From Chromera velia (taxonomy: Eukaryota), in contig JAHBMJ010000170.1 of assembly GCA_018398765.1 (NCBI GenBank), positions 1 to 54,192 of the forward strand: a DNA stretch of 54,192 nucleotides. Direction: 5' to 3'. Position 1 is the stretch's first letter. Every line of letters begins with the position of its first letter. The notes under the pieces were generated by a model that worked only from the letters and a program-made list of their open reading frames with translations, ran no database searches and had not been told where the DNA came from. Of the stretch, positions 1 to 9,318 are shown piece after piece. A program made the translations under genes and the position numbers.

Positions 1-737
1 CATATGTCATAGAAAAACTACAAGATTTAGACTTAATTTTACCAGGAAAATATATATAGGAAGTGTTGCCTTTTCAAACCCTGGACTATCATTTTCATTT
101 TTTCATACCTCATTCGCGTGGCTAAAAAAAATTTAGACATGCGTGGACTCGATGAGCAGCATGAGCATTGGTGATCATGCAAATATGGCATGGATTGGCA
201 ATGGATTGGCATGCATGCATGGACATGGCATGCATGGACATGGCATGGACATGAGTGCTCCTCAACGGAACCAAAGCGTCGCTGGGCCCCGGCCTCCGCG
301 GACGTGCACATTCAAACTCTAGCTTGTCGCTGCTTGCGCTCGCTTGCTCTCTATACAGTTTTCTATATAGTTTAGGGTCCCGTTTAAAGTAGGAGTTCTT
401 TGAAGGGATGGAAGACGTGCGGGATACACCTCTGCACAATTAAGGTCTTTCTGATTAAAAGGGTAGCCTTTTTTCAATGAAAGAAGTGAAGTGTCTCGAA
501 GGTTCTGCTCTGCATCCCCTCTGTCTCTTTTCTCTCTCTTTTGATTGTCCAACCTATTGTGAAGCTGTTATGTCGTACTTTGAAGGCGAAGGAGACGACA
601 GTAGTTTTAAAGACGCGTGGAAGCGCCTTATTGAGGAGGGGGCATATGTTACGGTCTACTCAGACCGCAACTTAAGTCTTTGATTATTCTGAGATGTTTT
701 GCTGTCTGTGTCCTTTGGCAGACATCAGGAGAATCAC

Positions 738-812
738 AATGGATGAAATGTAAGCACTGCCAGGTGGTAGACTGAGAAGCGGAAGGTCTCGGGTTCGATT
801 CCCACCTCCATC
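738..812 (+). pseudogene. Degenerate tRNA-derived module in left TIR
   Basis: tRNA-sized segment with B-box GGTTCGATTCC (792-802), variable loop AGGTC, loop CTGAGAA, partial acceptor pairing ATGGA/TCCAT, and a T6 run at 813-818. The D and anticodon stems do not pair. Confidence 0.55.
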
Positions 813-1310
813 TTTTTTGCCTAACTTTGAAAATTCACAAGAAGCTGATTAATCGGTTCTGTATCGGTTAAGGCAAAGTATATCAAACTTGATACACTTT
901 TAAAAATGAAAGTCTGTCAAACATGATAGACTTACACAATTGATACACTTTCACAATTGGTAACCTTTGCAGGAAACAAGCATAAAATGCAACTTTGAAA
1001 AAAAAAGAAAAGAAAGAATCGATTAAAAACTTGACCCGAGAGTAACAGAATTGAATCCCAAATCGAGTTGACTTACCTTCTGGAAGAATTGACTTAAAGC
1101 GATCTGAACCGACCTTCGCTGACCTCAATAACACTGCGTGAATAATTAAAAGATATATTCAACTCCAATTCTAGTTCTATTCTTCCGTTTCAGCTTCATC
1201 TGGCCTACTGAGTCTGGAAGAGCACGGAACATGGGTTTGACATACTTTGTCTTAACTGATACGGAACTGATTAATCAGCTTCTTGTGAATTTTCAAAGTT
1301 AGGCAAAAAA

Positions 1311-1385
1311 GATGGAGGTGGGAATCGAACCTAAGACCTTCCGCTTCTCAGTCTACCACCTGGCAGTGCTCATATTTCATCCATT
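1311..1385 (-). pseudogene. Degenerate tRNA-derived module in right TIR
   Basis: Mirror copy of 738-812 with the same B-box and oligo-T terminator on the minus strand. Confidence 0.55.
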
Positions 1386-3542
1386 GTGATTCTCTTGATG
1401 TCTGCCAAAGGACACAGACAGCAAAATATCTCAGAATAATCAAAGACTTAAGTTGCGGTCTGAGTAGACCGTAACATATGCCCCCTCCTCAATAAGGCGC
1501 TTCCACGCGCCTTTAAAACTACTGTCGTCTCCTTCGCCTTCAAAGTACGACATAACAAAGCCGTGATTGATCAGCTGTATCAAAGTGATCGAAGTCACGC
1601 CTATATTCGTCGCTAGTAGTTTTAGGACGGAACAAATCGACAAACTAGGTTAGATTTGCCTCTCATATATGGGGACGCGGCATGCATGAAAAAACTCTCA
1701 ATCATTATGTTTGGTAACGTTTAGGGTCCCGCTAGAAGCCTCAAACGTAGGATTTACGCCTTAACGGAGGGTGACTCCGATAAGTCATGAGGGCGGTTCT
1801 GGTTGTAGAGTTCCTCTACACTTGCTGATACTCTGCGTAGACTCACCCTCTACGCCCGGCCGCCCATGGAGATCCTACGCGGCTCCCACTCGGCGTCTTT
1901 TGGAATCCCGGGTTCATACTTCTCTGCCCGCTAACGTTAAACATCACCTTTCACAACCAGGATAGAATAGTCCTTCTCTGAGTACCAGGTTTACTACTTG
2001 AGTGATTGCTCTTACCAGGTGTGCGATTCAAAGAACGTATGATATGGTGGGAGGGTGGGTTCCGTTTCGGTTTTCGAAACTGTCATTCCTGATTCCTTGA
2101 GATGATCTTCCTTTTTTACTTGTTCTGATCATGAATCAGATTCTTCTATTTTGATTTAATCTTTTCTTAACCATGCGCAGCATCGCCGTTTGAACGTGCA
2201 GCATCCGGTCCAAGTATTCCCTTTGTTTTTCATTCAAACTCTAACTTGTCGCTGTTTGCGTTCGCTTACTCTCTACAGTTTTTTATATAGTTTAGGGTTC
2301 CGCTAGAAGCCTCGAACGTAGGATTTACACCTTGACAGAGAATGACTCCAACAAATCGATTATACAAAACGGGTTCCACTTGCAAGGAGGAACCGTTACA
2401 AAATTTAATCTAGCTACATGTGTTTGAAAGTGTAAAATTCTTAAATGCGCTATTTTAAATCTTAGAAAATTACCAAAATATTGAATATGAATGTTTTATC
2501 TATTTATTGGAATTTTAGTAAGCAATAGGGTGGTTTCTGTAGCTTGAAAAGTAATTTTTTTTTACTCCTGATAAAAGGTCGACTCTTGCTGGCAAGTTAC
2601 CATGTGTTTTGACCTTTTCCTAGCTCGTTTAACCAGGAAGAAAGCCACCCTGGCACCAGCGGGCAGCAGCGACGGAGAGTTCAAGGCACCGGCTCTCTCT
2701 TCTTTAAGGGTAGAGCTAGACATACAGTTACGGACGATGGGTATTTGACAGCGCTTCATTACTGAAAGAGGTCTACACGCAGCAGGCGGGGGCTATCGCT
2801 TCTTTACATTTCCCTCCTCTTGCCAAACTTATCCCTCTTCAACAAGCTTTTCCCTCCTCTCATCGTATATTTGTGTTTCTTCTTTACAATAAATCCGCCT
2901 CTGGTCTCCACTCCTTTTCCGCCCTCCCTCGATCTGTCTCACAGTAACCGATGGCTCTCTGTTCGGTTTCTTATGTCTGCTCTCATTTAACCCACAAGGC
3001 GAAAGCAGTGCTCTGTCTGTTGAATGTAGTGACCACAAACTCTGTATATATGATTCTTGTATTCGGTGTGTTGATGACTTCATGCATAGACTTGGCCCCT
3101 CTGGTGGTCTTTAGATCCCTTGAAGTGGAAAATATACGCCAGGAAGACCTTGTCGTTCAAAGTATACCGTCTGGAAAGTTTTGTACTTAAGGTATGCCGT
3201 CTGGGAGGTTTTGCACTCTAGGAAGGTATTTCAGATAGAATGTTCAGCTTAAGGCTCTCTAGGAGTATTTATAGACGCTACAGGACGTAACTATGTTAGC
3301 AGAAGGGAGAAGGGACTCTTAAAGTCTCCTCTTTGATATGTTTTCATCTGATACACAGATTTTGAAAGAATCTCTGATGTTCTAAGTGGAATACTTTAGG
3401 GTAGGATATTCTCTTAAAGGTTGGTTGGAAGGTTTATGAAAGAAGATTTAGAATTCTGATTGGTTGGTGGTGACTTTTTAGTCCGTTGATTCTTATCAAA
3501 ACTTTTTATGATTATAAAGGTATTCCGCATGGCAGGTCTTTC

Positions 3543-3897
3543 GGAAAGTCTTTCACGTAGTGATACAGGCCATCATAAAGTCTTTCACATAGATGGAAGT
3601 CTTTCATTACGAAGTTTTTCATAAGAGGAAGTCTTTTATTACGAAGTCTTTCACAAAAGGAAGTCTTTCATCATGAAGTCTTTTATGAGAGGAAGTCTTT
3701 CATTATAAAGTCTTTTATCATAAGAGGTAGTCTTTCATCACAAAGTCTTTTACAAGAGGAAGTCTTTCGTCATGAAGTTTTTCATAAGAGGAAGTCTTTC
3801 ATTACAAAGTCTTTCACAAGAGGAAGTCTTTCATCATGAAATCTTTCACAAGAAGAAGTCTTTCATCACAAAGTCTTTTATATGAGGAAGTCTTTCA
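3543..3897. repeat. Minisatellite, ~32-bp unit built from two GAAGTCTTTCA sub-units
   Basis: About 11 diverged copies of gaggaagtctttcattacgaagtctttcacaa. Confidence 0.9.
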
Positions 3898-3917
3898 GAT
3901 GATATATAATTTAGAAA

Positions 3918-3990
3918 GCAGGTAGACGAGAATTGAACCCGGGACCTTTTGATTGTTAATCATACATACTAACTACTATGTCATAAATGC
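3918..3990 (-). pseudogene. tRNA-Val(AAC)-like relic
   Basis: Minus strand, 73 nt: GCATTTA TG ACAT AGTAGTTAGT ATGT ATGA TTAACAA TCAAA AGGTC CCGGG TTCAATT CTCGT CTACCTGC. D-stem ACAT/ATGT pairs, the anticodon loop carries AAC, and a B-box is present. Acceptor, anticodon and T stems are mismatched. Confidence 0.5.
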
Positions 3991-5405
3991 TAGGGCCGCT
4001 TGCCCATTTGACTACTTTTTAGTCTGTCTGACTCTTTTGTATTTTATAGCATGAAAGTTCGACAGAACATTGCACGGCCAAAGGGCTACATAAACGAGGT
4101 GGAAGATCTAAGAGCCCCCTAAGCTGCGCACATGAAGTGCGAGGAGCTAGCAGGCCGCGATTTGACCTCTGATTGCCATGATGCAATCGAATTGGTAAAG
4201 CAGCTACTAGCTCAAATCGTAATACCCAACAGATTGAATTGCGTGCTTCCTTCCTTGCTAGTACATACATGGCAGAGTTGTTGAATGATAACTTGAATCC
4301 TGCTGAAGAGACCTTTCGCAAGGTCGAAACAGCTGTACAGGAAGCGTAAAGACAGATACAGTATGCATAAAGTCCTTTGAGCAGATTTGTATGCAGTCAA
4401 TCAGAAACAGATCGAACAGATTTACCATACTCTCTCACTAGAAGAAGACTAATTTCAGCTTACAGGAATCAAGTTTTGTTTTCCATCAAAATTTTCTATG
4501 GATAACATACAACTATGTATAGTTTAATACAGACTATACAGTCTTCAAGTCTATAACACTTAAATTATTATACTTTAAACCGTTAATTTTATATATTTAA
4601 CGGAATATGTTAACAACACAGTGCTGCAGCGTTGTTTACCGTTCTCTAGCGTCTAGTCTAGCGTTGTCTTTTATACGGTGTTTTTTCGTGGTCCTCTGAT
4701 ATCCTTTGATTACCTCTATAACATCTTGGTCCTCCTCATATCGATCACTATAACTTTCTATGAATTACTTTTTAGGTCAATGTATCCGAGTCTTCTTTTA
4801 GATGATTGCATCATGTATGCTTTGTTTTGAATTGATCTGTTTTCGTTTTCAAATACATTGGGAGGCTGTAATTTGAAAGAGCATGGAGTTCGTTAGGTTA
4901 AGATCAAAAACCATGATTCAAACTCAGATTGAAAGCACGTTAACTTTTTCTGATGTGCAGCAATTGGGCAGAATCGGCAACTACAAGCCTAGCTACAAGC
5001 AGTAAGACCCACAAAGAAATGGAGAGATGATTGTCTTTTGCATGCCTGTGAAGAACAGAAACGGAAGATCAGGAGGGCAGGTCGACCCACAAAGAAATTC
5101 GGAGGGCAGGATCGTCTTCTTCATTCGATCATGCATGTCATATATGCTGCTGGCGCGCCTCGGCTTCTCTTTTCTTAAGCAGTCTTTCCTTAATTTCTTT
5201 GCTTTCAATGAGAATGTTTCCCAAAGAGGTGAGGCATACGACGCGTAGTTTGATTCATTGCCTCCCTCCATGCCTTCGCACAGGACAGATTCTTCTTGTG
5301 ATGTTGGATGGCTGCCTGCTCGTTATGTTTTGCATGTTCGTACAGATTCGCTCTCTTCTTTTCACTTCATTCGTTCGTTCGTTCGTGCGCTTTCCTTACA
5401 AGTTT

Positions 5406-5524
5406 GTTTGTTTATTTGTTTGTTTGTTTTGGCATGCTCTTTCCTGGCTCGTCTGTCTTTTGTGTGTTTGTTTATTTGTTTGTTTGTTTTGGCATGCTCT
5501 TTCCTGGCTCGTCTGTCTTTTGTG
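5406..5524. repeat. 60-bp tandem duplication (2 copies)
   Basis: gtttatttgtttgtttgttttggcatgctctttcctggctcgtctgtcttttgtg occurs twice with a 60-bp period. Confidence 0.9.
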
Positions 5525-5795
5525 AAATTAAATGAAGAAGGGATTGGATGGGAGGCGAGACAATTCGTTTAAGCGGGGAAGTCGACAAAACAAAACGCAG
5601 TTGCATTTGCATGGTAGAAACGCATCACGGAACTCATTCTGTTCATTTTCCGTCATTTTTGTCAGTCGAGTGATTACAGAGCTGAACAGGCACAGCGTTG
5701 TGGTTTGTCTTCCCGTGAAGGCTCCTTCATTCTCTTCCATCAAATTAGATGAATTGAGTTTTTTCCATCGGCCCTCATTTTTCCTGCCTTCTCTT

Positions 5796-6415
5796 TCAAC
5801 TGGTAGAGTCAATCTCTGTTGCCTCCAGAGGGATGTGGCTGAGATGCTGGTTGGCGTTTTTGTATGCGGTGTGAAGCTGTGCAAACTCATCCACCGTCTG
5901 AGTGGTCTGGTCAACCTCATCCTCGTTCTTCTTTCCCTTTGACACAGTGGACTTGTCAGTGAGGTCATCGATCGGTTCCTGCTCTTCAATCACCTGGTCG
6001 TTGACGTCGTTCACCACCTGCTGTTGCTGCTGTTGCACTTCCACAGGCTCGAGCTTGAGGGTGACGAAGCGGAACTCAATCGACTGTCGGCACTTCGTGG
6101 GGCATCGGTTGTCGTCTCCGTCGTAGATCGGCAGGGCGCCGTGCATGACCCCGAGAGTCTCAAAGAGAATAAAGTCCCCCTTCTGGAGGGGGGAGATGAG
6201 AACCTCGTCACCTGAATTGTCGAGGACATTGAATGATTGAATGTCGTTCAGGGACGACCAGTCGGCCTTCTTTTTGTTCAACACCGCGAGAGGCTTCCCG
6301 CACAGTTCGTCTGCGAGGACGATCCAGGCGTTGTAGATGTTATCAACCTGGATGGACGGAGGGAGGGAGGGAGGGAGAGACGCAGGCAGAGAGGAAGTCT
6401 TAGAGAGGGAAGAGT

Positions 6416-6491
<76 letters not shown>

Positions 6492-6597
6492 GAGAGAGAG
6501 AGAGAGCTAGACAGAGAGAGAGACAGAGACAGACACACAGAGACAGAGACAGAGACAGAGACAGAGAGAGAGAGAGAGCGAGAGAGAGAGAGAGAGG

Positions 6598-6647
<50 letters not shown>

Positions 6648-7158
6648 GAGACAAAGAGACAAAGAGACAAAGAGACAGAAAGAGAGAGAGTGAGACAACA
6701 CTGAGCATGTCAGACTAAACATGATTTTCCTCAAAAAAGAGTCAGGGGGCAGAGCAGTAGAAAGAAAACGATGAAAGCATGTGCTAATGCAGGCAGGGGA
6801 CAGAGATGAGAGAGGAAAACCAATCATTGGAACCATGGCGAAATCATTGCACTATAGTCCTGCCCCACCCCACCCCTCCAGTACCCACCACGTATTTTGC
6901 AGGATCCTCATCATCCTCTTTGAAGTACACCGGCGTGTTTGTCAGACTGTTGTCTTGGTTCAACATTCCCACGCCCATCAAGTCAGTTCCCAGGGTGTCA
7001 CTGTGGAAGTGGTCCAAATGGAGTGCAGGGAAAGACTTCGAGGCTCGCAGTGTTGCAATGTTGCAGCCGAGGGGGTGCTCTTGGGGCAACTCATCATCCT
7101 GGTCATCGACACCGCAGCCACCGCAGCAGCAGCCGCAAAAGAATTTCGCGAAGGTCAT
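5796..7158 (-). CDS. CmcJ/NvfI/AsaB-like Fe(II)/2-oxoglutarate oxygenase, catalytic (C-terminal) part
   Basis: Exons 7158-6889 and 6347-5796 (phase-0 GT..CAG intron), 273 aa from the ATG at 7158. Motifs in family order: FPALHLD (HxD), YNAWIVL..KPLAVLN, FILFET..MHGAL (distal His), RQSIEFR. Acidic/Gln-rich tail. Family recognised by motif only. Confidence 0.65.
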
Positions 7159-7910
7159 CTTGGGCTTTGCGCGGGTTTGCAACAGATATCGTGAGTACAG
7201 GTGGGGGTGTTGCCCACCAGTGGGCAGTTGATTGTGGATGGGTTGTCGAGTTTGGGCCTGTTCTCGGGGCAGACGTGGTGAGAGCAAGTGGAGTCGAGTA
7301 CGTTTCTGAAGACTGTGGCGGCTTGGATGCGCGTAAATTTTCTTTTCACAAGTGTGTTGTACTCAGAGTCGAGCAGATCATCGTTCGGGAGTGTTGGCTC
7401 GACGTTGTGGTTCCAGATATCAGAGCCGATCAGGAAAGCCCCAGCAACCCCCAACTTGTCGACTACCATCTCGGCAACTAACGGGAACAGATTTGAGTTG
7501 GCCCAGAGAGTTGCTCGATGGTACTGTGATTTGGACTGCGCGTCCATGAATTTGCTTTTGGCAGTGCCGAGAGCAGTCGTGTATGCCTGCTCGTTGTCCA
7601 CATGGAAAAAGGAGAAACCGTACTCGGCGAATTCGTCCCCTGCGTGATTCAACCTCACTTCGTGTTCGTCCAGGTCGGTTGGCCTGGGAAGCGTGGTGAC
7701 CTTCAGGTCTTTCTCCCTCTCAAACTTTTCTGTCTTGTTGCTGTACACATTGAACTTGTGGTGGGGGGGGTTGCCAAGACTGCTCGTGAAGCTCCGGCGC
7801 TGAAGGAACGTAGGATGCTCATGAGCGAAGCCGTGATCTGTCATCCATGCCCCGAGGGCACACGGGAAGAGAAATAACCCAGCAACGAAGATGCAGAGCT
7901 GTCGAGACAT
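7155..7910 (-). CDS. N-terminal part of the same locus: signal peptide, oxygenase N-terminal region, Cys-rich module
   Basis: 251 aa from MSRQLCIFVAGLFLFPCALG (hydrophobic signal). Contains DEFAEYGFSFF, resembling the family's N-terminal GF motif, and TCSHHVCP..CPLVGNTPTCTHDICCKP. Ends at TGA 7157-7155, overlapping the next ATG. Confidence 0.65.
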   Translation of the reverse strand: MSRQLCIFVAGLFLFPCALGAWMTDHGFAHEHPTFLQRRSFTSSLGNPPHHKFNVYSNKTEKFEREKDLKVTTLPRPTDLDEHEVRLNHAGDEFAEYGFSFFHVDNEQAYTTALGTAKSKFMDAQSKSQYHRATLWANSNLFPLVAEMVVDKLGVAGAFLIGSDIWNHNVEPTLPNDDLLDSEYNTLVKRKFTRIQAATVFRNVLDSTCSHHVCPENRPKLDNPSTINCPLVGNTPTCTHDICCKPAQSPR

Positions 7911-8123
7911 CGTGGAATGCGAGTAAATCTCCAGAGTGGATCTGATGAACAAATGTGTGTGTCGATCGCCCGAAACCGCGTATAGAGCTTTTGTCTGACC
8001 TGACAGAAAGTGGGTTACAGTTTCCGACTGGCTTATCAGCGGTCTTTCTCGATTTCGAGAGAAAACCACTTGCACAAGGATATCGAAATTGCGTGGCCTT
8101 TGCTGGAGCGAAGCCGAAGTGCT

Positions 8124-8420
8124 CATGCACGCACGGTTGATCTCTCTTGCAAGTTGCAAGGTAAACTGTATTTGCAGTTCACTTTGACGTGCACGTCCAG
8201 GCATGCATGCATGCATGCTGGACCTGCATGCGAGAAAAAGGCATGCATGCAGTCTCCGTCCCTCCGTCCCTCCATGCATCTGACGCACGCGAACCGTGCG
8301 AATGGCCCGGAAAGCGAATTTTGGGGATTAAAGATCCATGCGGCGAGGTCCTGGGTTCGAGCTAGTTCAAGCCCCTGCACCCTCACTTTTCCGTCGAAAT
8401 TTACGAGGAAATCATGCATG
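8124..8420. promoter_or_regulatory. GCATGC/TGCATGCA motif cluster upstream of the oxygenase locus
   Basis: Dense GCATGC palindromes, including a (GCAT)4 run at 8201-8218, about 200-500 bp upstream of ATG 7910. TGCATGCA is a known ApiAP2 binding motif in apicomplexans; function here is inferred. Confidence 0.35.
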
Positions 8421-8614
8421 CCCAGCCAGCCACGCGATCCCAGTGGAATTGTTTTTAAGTGCCCTCCAGAGCTTCGCTTTCCGGGTCACCCTTCCGTCCG
8501 TTCCCCGCGCGGTAACTTTGTCCAGCCCCACTGGCCTACCCGGTAGCACAGAAAAAAAAAACTTTTTTACCTAAATCATCAAATCTTCCAAAAAAATCTT
8601 TCATACAACTCTAG

Positions 8615-8827
8615 AGGGCAGCGCACTAAAGATTTTTGGTAACCCAGTTACGTTAGGAAGGGGGGGGGGGGGCATTACAATTCATGTGAACCCAAGGGCA
8701 ATAAGAGGCGCCTCCCACCCTTTGGGGCAGAGAAAAGGGGTTACCAAATTAAATAATAAAAAGGGGGGAGGAAGGAGTCAGCCCCCAAATGTAACTGCAT
8801 TACCAAAAATCTTTAGTCCGCTGCCCA
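8615..8827. mobile_element. MITE, PIF/Harbinger-like, ~213 bp
   Basis: 36-bp TIRs 8616-8651 and 8791-8826 (gggcagcg(c/g)actaaagatttttggtaa..cagttac, 3 mismatches). Probable 3-bp TSD TAG at 8612-8614 and 8828-8830. Confidence 0.75.
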
Positions 8828-9318
8828 TAGATAATTTTTGTGTTAAGCTACAACAAACCTGTATTTTTTTTGTCATATCGGTACACATTAAGCTTTATCA
8901 TACTCTATCATACTCGTACGTAGTATAAAAAAATACGAAATTAAACATAGTTGAATCCCTGGTTGAATCTATTACTAGATCTATTATGAAACAAAAGATA
9001 AGAAAAACAGGAAGATGTTCTCCTACGATTGAAATCATAAAATTAACTCATAAAAATGTGTATGTACAACATGAAGAGTCTAGAAGACTGGCCACAAAAG
9101 CTCCAAGAAAGGCCATATAGTTGAAGGCACATAAGCGCTGCTATGTAATGGCAAAAACGTTAATTATGCAACTGTGCAAGAGGCAGAGCCATTGCAGACG
9201 TACAGATTTTGCGTTGTCTATAATCACTGAAGTAGGAGATGACATAACGGCGACCGCATCAATGGCCCCGCCAAAGGATGGTGTAAGACTTACCCCCCCC
9301 CCCCCCCCCNCCCCTCGC

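Larger units (their letters stand above)
566..1557. mobile_element. Non-autonomous TIR DNA transposon (Ginger/TDD-like termini), 992 bp
   Basis: Inverted repeats 566-888 and 1235-1557 (323 bp, about 12 substitutions, no indels). Termini are TGT...ACA, flanked by a 4-bp direct repeat AAGC (562-565, 1558-1561). The 346-bp AT-rich interior has no transposase. TGT..ACA ends with a 4-bp TSD are the known Ginger signature; the family call is inference. Confidence 0.75.
310..2357 (+). repeat. Split direct repeats: A 310-381, B 1719-~1780, A+B 2231-~2350
   Basis: cattcaaactcta..gtttagggtcccg (310-381) recurs at 2231-2302. gtttagggtcccgctagaagcc..gactcc (1719-1779) recurs at 2290-2349. Confidence 0.7.

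Noticed and set aside
570..683. 37-codon ORF (MSYFEGEGDD..) present in both TIR arms
   Set aside because: Its duplication is explained by the inverted repeat; it is too short and has no recognisable motif.
371..2297. TTTAGGG telomere-like heptamers
   Set aside because: Single copies inside dispersed repeats, not tandem arrays.
3543..3897. CRISPR-like appearance of the 32-bp array (also the 20-bp and 117-bp arrays)
   Set aside because: No unique spacers, eukaryotic context, and no cas genes.
4030..4452. Possible decayed coding sequence on the plus strand (QIELRASFLASTYMAELLNDN..)
   Set aside because: Multiple stops and no recognisable family; cannot be supported without a search.
6237..6836. 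ERERER/SLSLSL/THTH/CVCV ORFs here and throughout the track
   Set aside because: Translations of intronic (GA)n/(GT)n microsatellites.
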